From the IMG/VR virus record IMGVR_UViG_3300032668_000010: DNA of 64,000 bases. One strand, written 5' to 3'. The notes below the pieces were generated by a model. That model had not been told where the DNA came from and ran no database searches. It saw only the letters and a program-made list of their open reading frames with translations. Made by a program: the position numbers and the translations under genes. Each line of letters begins with the position of its first letter. The first letter of the stretch is position 1. The stretch is from an uncultured virus (IMG/VR IMGVR_UViG_3300032668_000010) (lineage: Duplodnaviria > Heunggongvirae > Uroviricota > Caudoviricetes). Below are positions 54,708 to 64,000 of the stretch, one piece after another.

Positions 54708-54735
54708 AACTACTAGTTTATACTACATAAACGGC

Positions 54736-55467
54736 TTAGTTATTGATTGTTACTTGTCCTACAACTGCACCAGGTTTCTGGATTGCTTCTGCCCTACGTG
54801 CTTGATACTCGGCATTGTTTACAGGCATTAGGTTAAGTGTACTGGTACTGCCATCGGGTTTGACCACACTAATTTCTTGACCTTTTTGTGTAGCTACCGG
54901 GGTCACTTCTGCATCACCCAAGGGTTTGTTACCTGTAATTTCGTCTAGTTCTTTAAAGGCTTCCTTGGCACCACGCTTGGTGTCTTGATTACTTCGAGCA
55001 CTAGTCGAAAGTGCAACCAATACATAAGATCGAATACGTGTACCTTCTGCTACATGCTTCATCTCTACAGTTTCTACACCAGAGATATCAATGTCCGGGC
55101 AAATACTGCGGATTGCCATTTCGCTTTGTTCTGTAGTGGTAGTTCCGTTATCAGCGGAATACACTTTAGTTTGACTACGGACCTTGCCGCCTGCACTTGT
55201 ACAGATCTTGGCGTATGCAATAGTCTTGGCCTTCATATCAGCCATACCAAAGTCGCCACTGGTAGCAGTACCATTTTCAAATACTACACCGGGTGACTTG
55301 GGCAACTTGAACATCCACTCGGGTGCCTGGTTGATCGCGGACTGCATATTAGCAGATTGCTGTGCTGATTGTAGTTGAGCTTGTTTAGTATAATTTGACT
55401 GAATCGAATTAGTACCACAGGCACTCAATAAACCTGCTACTGCACCTACAATTAATAACTTCTTCAT
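54736..55467 (-). CDS. Lipoprotein (LPP20-like)
   Basis: Lipobox LSAC; APEW; promoter TTGACA-17-TATACT at 55503-55531. Confidence 0.7.
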   Translation of the reverse strand: MKKLLIVGAVAGLLSACGTNSIQSNYTKQAQLQSAQQSANMQSAINQAPEWMFKLPKSPGVVFENGTATSGDFGMADMKAKTIAYAKICTSAGGKVRSQTKVYSADNGTTTTEQSEMAIRSICPDIDISGVETVEMKHVAEGTRIRSYVLVALSTSARSNQDTKRGAKEAFKELDEITGNKPLGDAEVTPVATQKGQEISVVKPDGSTSTLNLMPVNNAEYQARRAEAIQKPGAVVGQVTINN

Positions 55468-55517
55468 TTTTCATCCCTTTAGGGTTTAGTTACGATAACA
55501 ACAGTATAACATTATGG

Positions 55518-56090
55518 TTAATATTTGTCAATCACTTGCCATTTTGAATTTGGTGCAGTAGACAAACGACATACAACTCCTTGATACAACATCAAATTTT
55601 GGTTACGACTATCACGCTCAACGAACATACGACACTGAGTACGTTTGTACCAAAAATACTTACGCTCAGGAACATAGGTATGTAAGTCAGTTTCGGACTC
55701 CCATACTATATCCCCAATTCTAACCGGATGAACACGAATATCCGGTAGATCACTACAGACCATTTGACTATCGGCATGCACTGAACTTGGTGCTTCTTCT
55801 AACATATTGCCACGGTGTTGATCTAATGCTTGAACACACGCTTCTGTTTCGGTTGTGCCATATCCAATACCTTCTACAGTTTGCCAATCGTTGTTGATGT
55901 GTAGGCGATACTTTAATACGCACTTCTGACCACGACCGTCGGGGCCGACCAATTTCTGTATATCAACTGGGCGGCTGTTAATTACTTGTTGAGATATATT
56001 TGTGCTAATTCTAGTGTAGCAGTCAGCCCTGGGTTGAGTACAGTACGCCGCTCCTGCCACTGCGATTGCAGATATAATTAGTAGTTTCAT
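55518..56090 (-). CDS. Exported Cys-rich protein
   Basis: Signal peptide; several Cys. Confidence 0.6.
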   Translation of the reverse strand: MKLLIISAIAVAGAAYCTQPRADCYTRISTNISQQVINSRPVDIQKLVGPDGRGQKCVLKYRLHINNDWQTVEGIGYGTTETEACVQALDQHRGNMLEEAPSSVHADSQMVCSDLPDIRVHPVRIGDIVWESETDLHTYVPERKYFWYKRTQCRMFVERDSRNQNLMLYQGVVCRLSTAPNSKWQVIDKY

Positions 56091-56368
56091 TTATTGTACC
56101 TATCGGGGTTGTTGCACCCTATACGTAAACTCCAAATAATAATTTTGGCTTTTTCGTTATAAGCACGATCTGATTCAGACATATCTTCGGGATTCTTATT
56201 CAGTGTTCCTAATAACTTCAATTGGTATTCGACTTGCTGTGTTATTTGGTCAATCTGTGGACAGTTTGCATTGCTAACCTGGATACTAGCCAATTGGGTG
56301 TAACTAACCTGTGGACGGCTAGCACAACCAACTAGGCTAATAGCTAAAAGGATAGCAACAAGTCGCAT
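56087..56368 (-). CDS. Small lipoprotein
   Basis: Lipobox LVGC. Confidence 0.65.
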   Translation of the reverse strand: MRLVAILLAISLVGCASRPQVSYTQLASIQVSNANCPQIDQITQQVEYQLKLLGTLNKNPEDMSESDRAYNEKAKIIIWSLRIGCNNPDRYNK

Positions 56369-56721
56369 TAGAACTGTGCCTTGGCCAAACGGGCTTCGCG
56401 ATTGCGTTCCCAGCTTGCGTCTAGGTTAGCACCTTGTCTAAATAGTTTATCGTATGCTTTTTCGGCTACTCCATAATGCTCATGAGCTCCGGACTTTTCA
56501 AAAAAGTCGTAGTCAATGGTCCAGCGCGGAATGATAGTTACCCTAGCATCTGCATCATGCAAGATCGGTAGTTGTTGCCACTGGAACAATAACCGTTGAA
56601 TAGTCTGTTCCCATTGTGTCTTGGCCCATGGTGTCTTGGCACGGGCTAATGCTTCGCGAGCCGCATCCAACCGTTGACCCAGTACTTCCATTTCATCACC
56701 ATAAAAACGATAGTCTTTCAT
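56368..56721 (-). CDS. Hypothetical protein
   Basis: SD AAGGAG. Confidence 0.6.
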   Translation of the reverse strand: MKDYRFYGDEMEVLGQRLDAAREALARAKTPWAKTQWEQTIQRLLFQWQQLPILHDADARVTIIPRWTIDYDFFEKSGAHEHYGVAEKAYDKLFRQGANLDASWERNREARLAKAQF

Positions 56722-56734
56722 TTCTTCTCCTTGA

Positions 56735-57121
56735 TTAATAGTTACGACCTAGTACAACTTGTACCCGTTCATATACTTCGTCTTCTTCTGCTGTGTATGT
56801 ATGGTCTTTGTCCCGAAACATAAACTTGCTCATTATTTTGTGGAATTCATCAAATACTTTAAGTCGAGATGGATTTAATGTAACCTTGTCGTTTAGCAAC
56901 CACGACTTTACTACACGCAACGTATCCACAGGGGCAAGGTCTTTATCCATCAATATAGTAAAACATTCATCTATTGTAGAGTCAGATTGTCCCCGTAATA
57001 AGTCACCGGCTTCTCGTACCATATCCTCTACTGTACCATGCTTCATAATGAACTGTGCCGAGCGTCCTTGCAAACTTGCCCAGGCAAACTCTTCTTCGTA
57101 AGTTAGTGTTCTATCAGTCAT
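56735..57121 (-). CDS. Hypothetical protein
   Basis: Likely start MTDRTL. Confidence 0.55.
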   Translation of the reverse strand: MTDRTLTYEEEFAWASLQGRSAQFIMKHGTVEDMVREAGDLLRGQSDSTIDECFTILMDKDLAPVDTLRVVKSWLLNDKVTLNPSRLKVFDEFHKIMSKFMFRDKDHTYTAEEDEVYERVQVVLGRNY

Positions 57122-57122
57122 A

Positions 57123-57659
57123 TTAGATCTCAATGTTACTGTTTTTAGCCTTATTGTAAAAAATATGATCACCAATTTGTCCTGCTTCGTGCCGAGTGTC
57201 GACCCATTTTGGATCACGGATATATATGGCATGATAATACAAACTATGCATCAAGCCACTGACACGATAACCGGTTAAAACTTTTTCTGCTACTTGACGG
57301 CTCTCTGCCCAAACTGTAGGATCAGGGTTTGGTAACTTCTTTTGTAATGTCCACGAAAACTGAGACTTGGCATAAACTACCTTACAAACTGTATTGCCCC
57401 AGTGACCGGTCTTCAACCGATTTACTGTCACATGAGCAACCGCATACTTTCCCGGCGTGGCTTCTACTCCTGCTTCATAATACACGTTTTTAGTTAAACA
57501 GTCGAGATCGTTCTTGGTGTAGTTTACCTTTTCTGTAGTTTGAATAATGTCTGTAAGCTGATCTATCTTGTCCTCAACCTTGTCCATACGCAATTCTTGA
57601 CGCAGGAGTAAGAGTGCAAGTAGAGTGCAAGCAATAATAATTAAGTTACGGTTTGACAT
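57123..57659 (-). CDS. Cell wall hydrolase (SleB/Hydrolase_2)
   Basis: CLTKNVYYEA, AVAHVTVNR, C.VV...QFSW, YYHA, IGDHIFY; N-terminal anchor. Confidence 0.9.
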   Translation of the reverse strand: MSNRNLIIIACTLLALLLLRQELRMDKVEDKIDQLTDIIQTTEKVNYTKNDLDCLTKNVYYEAGVEATPGKYAVAHVTVNRLKTGHWGNTVCKVVYAKSQFSWTLQKKLPNPDPTVWAESRQVAEKVLTGYRVSGLMHSLYYHAIYIRDPKWVDTRHEAGQIGDHIFYNKAKNSNIEI

Positions 57660-57886
57660 TATCTATCCTGATTGTAGTCGTCGGCACCATCATTAAACTT
57701 TTCAGAAGCCAACAGATTAATTTGATCACCAAATTCCTCTTCGAGCTGTTCTAGCTCGTCGTCTGACAATGGTGTGCCATCTTCATACTCAGCATAGCTA
57801 AAAAATGCATCACAAAAGTCTGGATAGTCGTCAGCCTCAACGCCATCGACTTCTACATTTTTTACTCGACGTCCATTTAATTGCAT
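57659..57886 (-). CDS. Highly acidic small protein
   Basis: DYPDFCDAF.SYA...G.PL.D.EL. Confidence 0.65.
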   Translation of the reverse strand: MQLNGRRVKNVEVDGVEADDYPDFCDAFFSYAEYEDGTPLSDDELEQLEEEFGDQINLLASEKFNDGADDYNQDR

Positions 57887-57890
57887 ATTG

Positions 57891-58220
57891 TTAAGCCTTT
57901 GGAATGTGATAAGTGATGCCCTGTGGGCTTGCAGATTTTTTGTAACCCAATGTTTCGTAATCCGCTTCTAACAATTTTAAACTTGTACGGTCTTTAACTT
58001 GTGCCCGATCTACTTTAACTGCGATAAACTTTTTACGATAGTTGATATGAATACCCTTGGCCCAGTAAACTAACTCTAACGCAAGAGCCATGCGATCTGC
58101 GGTAATTTTTTGTTTGTCTGAATAATGTGAAGATTCAACAATGTTACGCATACGGGCATCACGTGCGGCAGCAAAAGCATAGTAGCCTGCGGATTTTGTT
58201 TCTAGCTCTGTTGTTTTCAT
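57891..58220 (-). CDS. Hypothetical early protein
   Basis: Promoter TTGACC-17-TATAAT at 58251-58279. Confidence 0.65.
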   Translation of the reverse strand: MKTTELETKSAGYYAFAAARDARMRNIVESSHYSDKQKITADRMALALELVYWAKGIHINYRKKFIAVKVDRAQVKDRTSLKLLEADYETLGYKKSASPQGITYHIPKA

Positions 58221-58297
58221 TTTTATTTCCTTTTGTTTAACTATACAAGTATTATACTATTTTGGGTATTTTGGGTCAACCAAAAACACCGTTGTTT

Positions 58298-58585
58298 TTA
58301 AGCAACGGTTTTATTACGCTTTACTAGCATTTCTGATAAAGAAGGGTTCATAACTAGTGAAACTTTAAGGGCATTGATTTTAGTTTTTAAGTTAGCAAGT
58401 ACTAACTCTACTTCTTGCATAGACGAGTCCACTTGCAAATCTACAAAATATTGTGCTTTGTTTGCGGTGAATGCGGGATAAGTGTCTGCAACAATGCGAA
58501 CAGAAACGGGAGTGTTAGAATACGGGCTACGCTTAAAAGTTACTTTTGCGTATAATGTACTTACAGGTGTATTTTTATAAAACAT
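58298..58585 (-). CDS. Hypothetical early protein
   Basis: Promoter TTTACC-17-TATACT at 58614-58642; SD AGGAG. Confidence 0.6.
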   Translation of the reverse strand: MFYKNTPVSTLYAKVTFKRSPYSNTPVSVRIVADTYPAFTANKAQYFVDLQVDSSMQEVELVLANLKTKINALKVSLVMNPSLSEMLVKRNKTVA

Positions 58586-58658
58586 ACTTACTCCTTTTAG
58601 TTACTATAGAGCTAGTATAGCATTTTGGTAATTTATGGTAAACCAAAATTTGAGCCGT

Positions 58659-58683
58659 AAAAAAGCCCCAATTAAGGGGCTTT
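58659..58683. terminator. Intrinsic terminator
   Basis: A-run-GCCCC-AATTAA-GGGGC-TTT. Confidence 0.75.
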
Positions 58684-58704
58684 ATGTTAGTGTGTACTAA
58701 CCTA

Positions 58705-58923
58705 TTACTTTGTTGCAAACATCTTGGTGAAGTCCACTGATTTTGTAGACTCGGCTACTTGCTTGGCCAACTCTAAATTTGTTTCGTATACAGTCTTGGT
58801 AAAGTCTGCATAAGAGTCAACTAAAGTTTCTAAATTTGAGCGGATTGCTTTATCTTCAACGAATGTCAAAGGTTGCTTACTTGCTTGTGCTACTTGGTCG
58901 ATTACGGATTTAAAATTAAACAT
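58705..58923 (-). CDS. Phasin-like amphipathic helical protein
   Basis: MFNFKSVIDQV...LVDSYADFTKTV; SD AAGGA; family call is by resemblance only. Confidence 0.45.
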   Translation of the reverse strand: MFNFKSVIDQVAQASKQPLTFVEDKAIRSNLETLVDSYADFTKTVYETNLELAKQVAESTKSVDFTKMFATK

Positions 58924-59075
58924 TTTGGTTTTTCCTTTATTAAGCGAAATGTTATGTGAAGCCCAAACTATTTGGCACCTCACTGTTTCATACTATGTTT
59001 ATAGTATATACTTATTTATGTGCGGTTGCAACATTTTTATATTTTAATTTGCCCAAAAAAGGAATAAATATTGAT

Positions 59076-59132
59076 GTAGTTCGCGATACTGGAAATATCC
59101 AACTACTCTAACATAAAAGGACTATGTCAGCA
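59076..59132 (+). ncRNA. Conserved structured 5' leader of GIY-YIG gene (copy 2)
   Basis: GTAGTT/AACTAC, GATA/TATC, TCTAA, SD hairpin, TCAGCA-ATG; ATAAATA 5 nt upstream. Confidence 0.7.
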
Positions 59133-59651
59133 ATGTATTTACACTATTACGTCTATGCCTATTTAAGAACCAATGGCACACCATATTATATCGGAAAAGG
59201 TAAGGGAACACGGGCATGGAAGCATTACAATGATGCTATACAGCCTCCCGCAGACTTGTCACGAATTATAATACTTGAACGGAATTTAACAGAATTGGGT
59301 GCGTTAGCCATTGAACGCAGAATGATACGTTGGTATGGGAGAATAGATACGTCAACGGGGATTCTGCACAATAAAACAGATGGCGGCGATGGCGGGAGTG
59401 GAGTTAAAAAATCCAAAGAAACTAAACTTAAAATTAGCATAGCTCTTAGAAACAGATCAGCTGAAGCTCGTGCAGAAACTCGGGTAAAACAAAGTATAGC
59501 AGGGAAACAAAGAAAACACTCTGCGGAAACTCGAACTAAAATATCAGAAGCAAATAAAGGCAAGTCAAAAATAGGTGGAATGACTGGCAAATTGCATTCC
59601 GAAGAAACTCGAGCTAAAATGAGTTTGGCGGCAAAAAATAGACGCCGATAA
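59133..59651 (+). CDS. GIY-YIG-like homing endonuclease with NUMOD3-type repeats
   Basis: YVYAY...PYYIGKG..R; E...I..YGR...G.L.N.TDGGDG; HS.ETR.K(I/M)S repeats. Confidence 0.85.
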   Translation: MYLHYYVYAYLRTNGTPYYIGKGKGTRAWKHYNDAIQPPADLSRIIILERNLTELGALAIERRMIRWYGRIDTSTGILHNKTDGGDGGSGVKKSKETKLKISIALRNRSAEARAETRVKQSIAGKQRKHSAETRTKISEANKGKSKIGGMTGKLHSEETRAKMSLAAKNRRR

Positions 59652-59693
59652 AACACCCACTAAATAATATTATCCAATCAATTAGGAGATATT

Positions 59694-59945
59694 ATGATTA
59701 AGCATATCAAACGTCTATTAGGCATTTCCGCCGAGACTCCAGTAGTAGAAGCACCGGTAGTTGAAGTTGCACCACAATCTTTTCCATTGCCTACAGAAGT
59801 TAAGGCCACTGTTAAGAAGCCAACTGTAAAGAAGGCAACTACACGTGCAGCTAAACCAGCTACAGCTAAAAAGACAACTGCAAAGAAACCTGTTGCTAAA
59901 AAAGCTACTGCAAAGAAAGCAACTAAAAAATCTACTTCTAAGTAA
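59694..59945 (+). CDS. Histone H1-like Lys/Ala-rich protein
   Basis: KKPTVKKA/AKKATAKKA repeats. Confidence 0.7.
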   Translation: MIKHIKRLLGISAETPVVEAPVVEVAPQSFPLPTEVKATVKKPTVKKATTRAAKPATAKKTTAKKPVAKKATAKKATKKSTSK

Positions 59946-59955
59946 TTAGACGTAA

Positions 59956-61065
59956 ATGGACGTTAGTATCTACATTCCCGATGAAAGTGTTAACGTCTTT
60001 CGTTTTCATATCAATCAGTTAGCCGGAAGAACTTTCGATGACTGGTCTTATTACCACGATGCAGAAATATTTAAAACATCTGCACGTGGTCGTAAGATAG
60101 CATGTTTCCAAATTCCATATCCTTGGGATTCCCGAATTGAAGATCAGATTAACGATATCTACGATACTGTTGATTATATCTTGATCATAGGCAGTGAACT
60201 ACATGCAAAGACTGTTGAATTTATTCAACGATTTGATTTAAAGAAAATTAAATACTTTATCTGCGGTTACCTACATCATCGCATGGTCAATGCCGAAGTT
60301 CTCAAGTTCCTAGATTGGTTCACTACCAGCGTACATTTTTATAAGAATGTTCGTCCTAGTATACTGTACGAACTTAAACCATTTGATGCAAAACCTTTAC
60401 AGTTTGATGCCTTGCTTGGACGCAAAAAGCCACATAGAGATTTAGCCTATAATTTTCTAACACAGAACAACATGTTAGATCAAGGTGTAGTCACTTATAT
60501 CAACGACTACAAGGTAAACTTTGATTCTAGAGACTCTGAAAAATGGGTTTGGCAAAGTGAAGGCATTGAGGACTTTGAAGTACGTAGTCAAACTATAGAC
60601 TTTACAGTAGACAGAGTAGATTACTATGGCTACAACATGAGTCTGAGTCAGATTATCCCCATAGACATTTATAACAAGACAGCGTACAGCTTAGTATGCG
60701 AAACTAACTTCGACAACAACTTTGTGTTTATGACAGAAAAAACTGTCAAACCAATTCTTGCTCGTAGATTGTTTATTACCTTAGGTAATCAGTACCACTT
60801 GGCGGCCTTACATAGATTGGGATTTAAAACATTCAACGGCATCATTGACGAAAGTTATGATAATATCCCCGATCCAACTGAGCGTCATACAGCAGCTATG
60901 CACCAACTAAAATTATTATGCGAACAAGATCAAGCAGATGTAATAGAACGTTGCCGTGACATAGTTGACTACAACTTTAATTTAATGTACAGCAATGATT
61001 GGTATAACTTGTTTAGAACAGACTTTGGTGACTTCTTCTTTAGTCGTCACAATCGCGTTATTTAA
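59956..61065 (+). CDS. Putative glycosyltransferase-like protein
   Basis: SLVCET...FMTEKTVKP...F..LG...LGF.TF...DESYD (resembles GT10-like TEK motif). Confidence 0.5.
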   Translation: MDVSIYIPDESVNVFRFHINQLAGRTFDDWSYYHDAEIFKTSARGRKIACFQIPYPWDSRIEDQINDIYDTVDYILIIGSELHAKTVEFIQRFDLKKIKYFICGYLHHRMVNAEVLKFLDWFTTSVHFYKNVRPSILYELKPFDAKPLQFDALLGRKKPHRDLAYNFLTQNNMLDQGVVTYINDYKVNFDSRDSEKWVWQSEGIEDFEVRSQTIDFTVDRVDYYGYNMSLSQIIPIDIYNKTAYSLVCETNFDNNFVFMTEKTVKPILARRLFITLGNQYHLAALHRLGFKTFNGIIDESYDNIPDPTERHTAAMHQLKLLCEQDQADVIERCRDIVDYNFNLMYSNDWYNLFRTDFGDFFFSRHNRVI

Positions 61066-62330
61066 TCAATAATACCAAAGTTCGCCCAGCGAGCATCACC
61101 TAAACTTACCCACCCCAAAGGACCACCTAAACTAGGATTACTATTGAATACAATAGTTCCCTTGGGCTGATCATTTGCCGGAGGAGTGTCGGCACTACTA
61201 ATTGATACAGCGCCAATTATCAATTGATTAACTGCGGTAGCGCCGTCTGGGGTCAATGTAATATTGTTCTTGCCATTGGTACTTAGTACAAGAGTCTGAC
61301 TACGTGGTGTGCCAATAATAGCAGTATTGTTGGATTGTTTACCAAATCCAATTTCAACTTCCTGATCCCAAATACTCAATGCCTGGCTTGGTTCAATGGT
61401 GTTGACGCCAACACGCTGAGTAGTAGTGTATAGTGCGCCACCGCTTAACAGAGTTTCGCCCTTGACTTGCAATTCGTTTAGTTGCCCAACTGTTTGTAGA
61501 TTACTATTCAGAATACTATTACTCAAAGCATTACCAGTAATGATGTCCTGACCGTTTAAGGTAATCTTATTAAGATCAACACCCTGTTCTTTGATTTGGT
61601 CAAATACCATGTCGGCATAGGCTGTATAGATTACTTGTTTTAAACTTGTTTGTACATTGTTTGTTGCGGCATTGACGATGCTGACATACATCGGGCTTGT
61701 TTCTGGAATTGTACCAGTAACATTTAAATCGCCTTCAATTGTAGTTGTGCCTTTAACAGTTAAGTCACGAGTTAATAGATTATTTTCTACTACAGTAACA
61801 TCATCCATGATAGTTAATTGGCAAGTAGTAGACTTATCGTCGATGCCTGTACTACCAAAGTTTGCAATGATGCCACCCTTGATGTTATCGCCGGAGACTA
61901 TCCAGTCAGCAGGATCAATTGCCACGCCGGGTATACTGTTTGGGGGGAATTTTAATGTCTGACTTTGTATTGCAGCAGTTACAGCCGATTGGCAAATTTG
62001 CTGGAAGTCAATTCTATTAACTTGAGCATTGATGGACTCAGTTGTTACACGAACAGACTCTGCCTGCACCGATGATGATATGTTTGTGCTTAGAGATTCT
62101 AGTTTTAAATTTAATTGTGCTTCAATACTTTTTGCATCTATAGGTAATTGACTAATTCTAGCGTCAAGTTTTTTACCAATCTGATCTGCTAGTATTGATG
62201 TGGTGTCTAGGTTAGCAATGATATCATTGATCTTTTGATCAATTTGGGCCGCCACTTGTTGTTGAACTTGTGAGGTTATTTGCGAAATTATTGTTTGTAC
62301 TATACCACTTACGTGATTATCGATATCCAT
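61062..62330 (-). CDS. Putative virion/fibre-associated protein
   Basis: Helical N-terminus; RVGVNT..P; GTIVFNS.P..G...GWV. Confidence 0.5.
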   Translation of the reverse strand: MDIDNHVSGIVQTIISQITSQVQQQVAAQIDQKINDIIANLDTTSILADQIGKKLDARISQLPIDAKSIEAQLNLKLESLSTNISSSVQAESVRVTTESINAQVNRIDFQQICQSAVTAAIQSQTLKFPPNSIPGVAIDPADWIVSGDNIKGGIIANFGSTGIDDKSTTCQLTIMDDVTVVENNLLTRDLTVKGTTTIEGDLNVTGTIPETSPMYVSIVNAATNNVQTSLKQVIYTAYADMVFDQIKEQGVDLNKITLNGQDIITGNALSNSILNSNLQTVGQLNELQVKGETLLSGGALYTTTQRVGVNTIEPSQALSIWDQEVEIGFGKQSNNTAIIGTPRSQTLVLSTNGKNNITLTPDGATAVNQLIIGAVSISSADTPPANDQPKGTIVFNSNPSLGGPLGWVSLGDARWANFGIID

Positions 62331-62376
62331 CTTTACTCTTTAATTGATTACTGCTTCGGTGCTTCAATGCACCAAT

Positions 62377-63108
62377 TTATTCAAATTGAATAGATACAAC
62401 GTGTTCGTAATTTTTCTTAATTAAACTCTTATACATCAAGTTCTTGTGTACAAGGAAATTTACGGCACCAGCGTCCATACTAAACTTAGCTAACTGCTTA
62501 AAGAACATTGTGCGTCTTTGGAATACACCGTATGTTGTTAATGCGTTTGCAGCATTAATTTCATATACCATACTATTCCACAACGTACGATCCTTTACGT
62601 CCCAATCGTGATTTTCAACATATAGCTTATAATCGCTACCATTTCTAACCATAATTGGCTGACTGAAATCACGATCTTTAAAATCTTGATTCTTGTAGTC
62701 GCGTACTGTACTTATCACAAAACTTGTGGCCAGGCTACAAATTTTAGCAATCAATTCCTGTTGCATTTGATCACTGTCAGCAAAAGTAAAATACTCATCC
62801 ATTGCTATAACACACTGGAATTCTTTTTGGTGTTTAGATAAATCAGCTGAATCAATGTATGTTACTGCAATTCCCTTGCTCTTAATATAAGCCAATGCGG
62901 TATCACTTATTTCAGTAACTGAGATATGTTTGGCTTTGCAACTTAAAATGGCTGCATTAAACCCAACAAATAAAATGCTTTGAGGTTCAAGATTTTCTGT
63001 ACGATATACCCCATCCAGAATTTCTTGTTTACGAGCAACAACGACGTTAAACTTTGGATTAAAAATTAGTGCGGACAGAATCGCGTCGGTGTAGGTGGCA
63101 AAAGTCAT
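62377..63108 (-). CDS. Hypothetical protein, degenerate methyltransferase-like fold
   Basis: SILFVGF, F.CVIA.DEYFT; late promoter at 63114-63120. Confidence 0.45.
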   Translation of the reverse strand: MTFATYTDAILSALIFNPKFNVVVARKQEILDGVYRTENLEPQSILFVGFNAAILSCKAKHISVTEISDTALAYIKSKGIAVTYIDSADLSKHQKEFQCVIAMDEYFTFADSDQMQQELIAKICSLATSFVISTVRDYKNQDFKDRDFSQPIMVRNGSDYKLYVENHDWDVKDRTLWNSMVYEINAANALTTYGVFQRRTMFFKQLAKFSMDAGAVNFLVHKNLMYKSLIKKNYEHVVSIQFE

Positions 63109-63119
63109 ACAACTATTTA

Positions 63120-64000
63120 TTACTTACGCAATAAATCGAGTGTAACGCAATGAAATCCTCCCCCTAATGTACGACTATGGCGCAATTCCAATGGTATAAC
63201 TGTGAATTTGTGTCGCTCCAGGGTATTAATCAAGCCAATTTGATGCCGATCAACCACAACTGTGCTAGGATCCACAACTAGCATATTCATTGCAATCCAC
63301 TTGCTTGCATAGGGATATTCGTAAAAACCTTGTGCTACAACTTCATTTACCCAAATCTTTTCCCACCCTTTAAACACTTGAGGGCATGTTGCTTCTGTTA
63401 CACGACTAGCGTTTAACATAACAAGTCCTTCGCGCAAGGGGACGATGGTTGAGTCGACATGTACTCCTGCATAGAAGTTACATAACTCAATATTTACTTG
63501 AGGGAATTGTTCACATAACCATTCGTATGCTCTGCGGTTACCTGACGCACTTTCTAAGAACAACATGCTATCACCTAGACGACATACATTTGCCGCATCC
63601 AATATCATGCCTTGATTTCGTGGCATTACTCGACGGTCGTGAGTCTTGCTAGTTACTTCATCTAATACTAGTATCTCCTGATCTCTGCAGGGATACATCA
63701 TTGCGGGATCAACTATGGTATTACCGTATACCAACAATCTATCCCTGGGGCAATAATTATACATTCCCCCAGTTACTGGATAATTGCGAGGACCAGGTCT
63801 GATAACCTGTATTCCTAATCTGTGCAAGGTAGTTGCAAGTATATTTAGATCTTCGTCAGCTTCATCTACGATGTGCTGTGGCACTGGCCCTGCGGGTACT
63901 GGTGTATCTTTCCATAAAGTCTTTTCGGACTCTTGTGCAAATACTGGATCGTCGCTGGGCCAGTTTGCATATTTGGCACTACCTACTACAACGGACTTTA
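63120..64000 (-). CDS. Amidinotransferase (StrB1/glycine amidinotransferase family), 5' partial
   Basis: CPRD, DAANV, HVDST, GGGFHCVTLD; frame open to window end. Confidence 0.9.
   Translation of the reverse strand, partial: KSVVVGSAKYANWPSDDPVFAQESEKTLWKDTPVPAGPVPQHIVDEADEDLNILATTLHRLGIQVIRPGPRNYPVTGGMYNYCPRDRLLVYGNTIVDPAMMYPCRDQEILVLDEVTSKTHDRRVMPRNQGMILDAANVCRLGDSMLFLESASGNRRAYEWLCEQFPQVNIELCNFYAGVHVDSTIVPLREGLVMLNASRVTEATCPQVFKGWEKIWVNEVVAQGFYEYPYASKWIAMNMLVVDPSTVVVDRHQIGLINTLERHKFTVIPLELRHSRTLGGGFHCVTLDLLRK

Noticed and set aside
59225..59656. 143-aa minus-strand ORF
   Set aside because: Antisense shadow of the GIY-YIG/NUMOD3 gene.
1..64000. Stop-codon reassignment
   Set aside because: Long genes are intact in the standard code and TAA, TGA and TAG all end genes.

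Overview
AT-rich, gene-dense segment of a large tailed dsDNA phage (T4-like transcription signals; jumbo/myovirus-type gene content), mostly encoded on the minus strand with the standard genetic code. Core and host-like genes: PhoH, clamp loader, a stand-alone DnaE fragment, DNA ligase, a baseplate/tail-fibre module, GroES, ErpA/IscA, Fe/Mn-SOD, IF-1, ClpP, a TctABC transporter, two radical SAM enzymes, methyltransferases, an amidinotransferase and a phasin-like protein. These weakly suggest a betaproteobacterial host (inference). Regulatory signals are about 17 sigma70-type promoters and many T4-like ATAAATA late promoters. Highlights: (1) a covarying structured RNA leader shared by two different GIY-YIG endonuclease genes 58 kb apart; (2) a circularly permuted two-piece tmRNA with tag ANDSVYALAA; (3) a tandem array of about 16 small paralogues ending in FxL(K/R)(W/Y); (4) a cassette-like MNERI/KFAELIVREC/HFGVEE array with conserved DNA junctions; (5) IF-1 apparently starting at AUA; (6) a second tctC split by a 41-nt recoded insertion; (7) a ParB/GNAT/amidoligase cluster with putative capsid-targeting leaders; (8) several promoters embedded in RBS-occluding hairpins. 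All calls come from manual motif reading; no searches were run.
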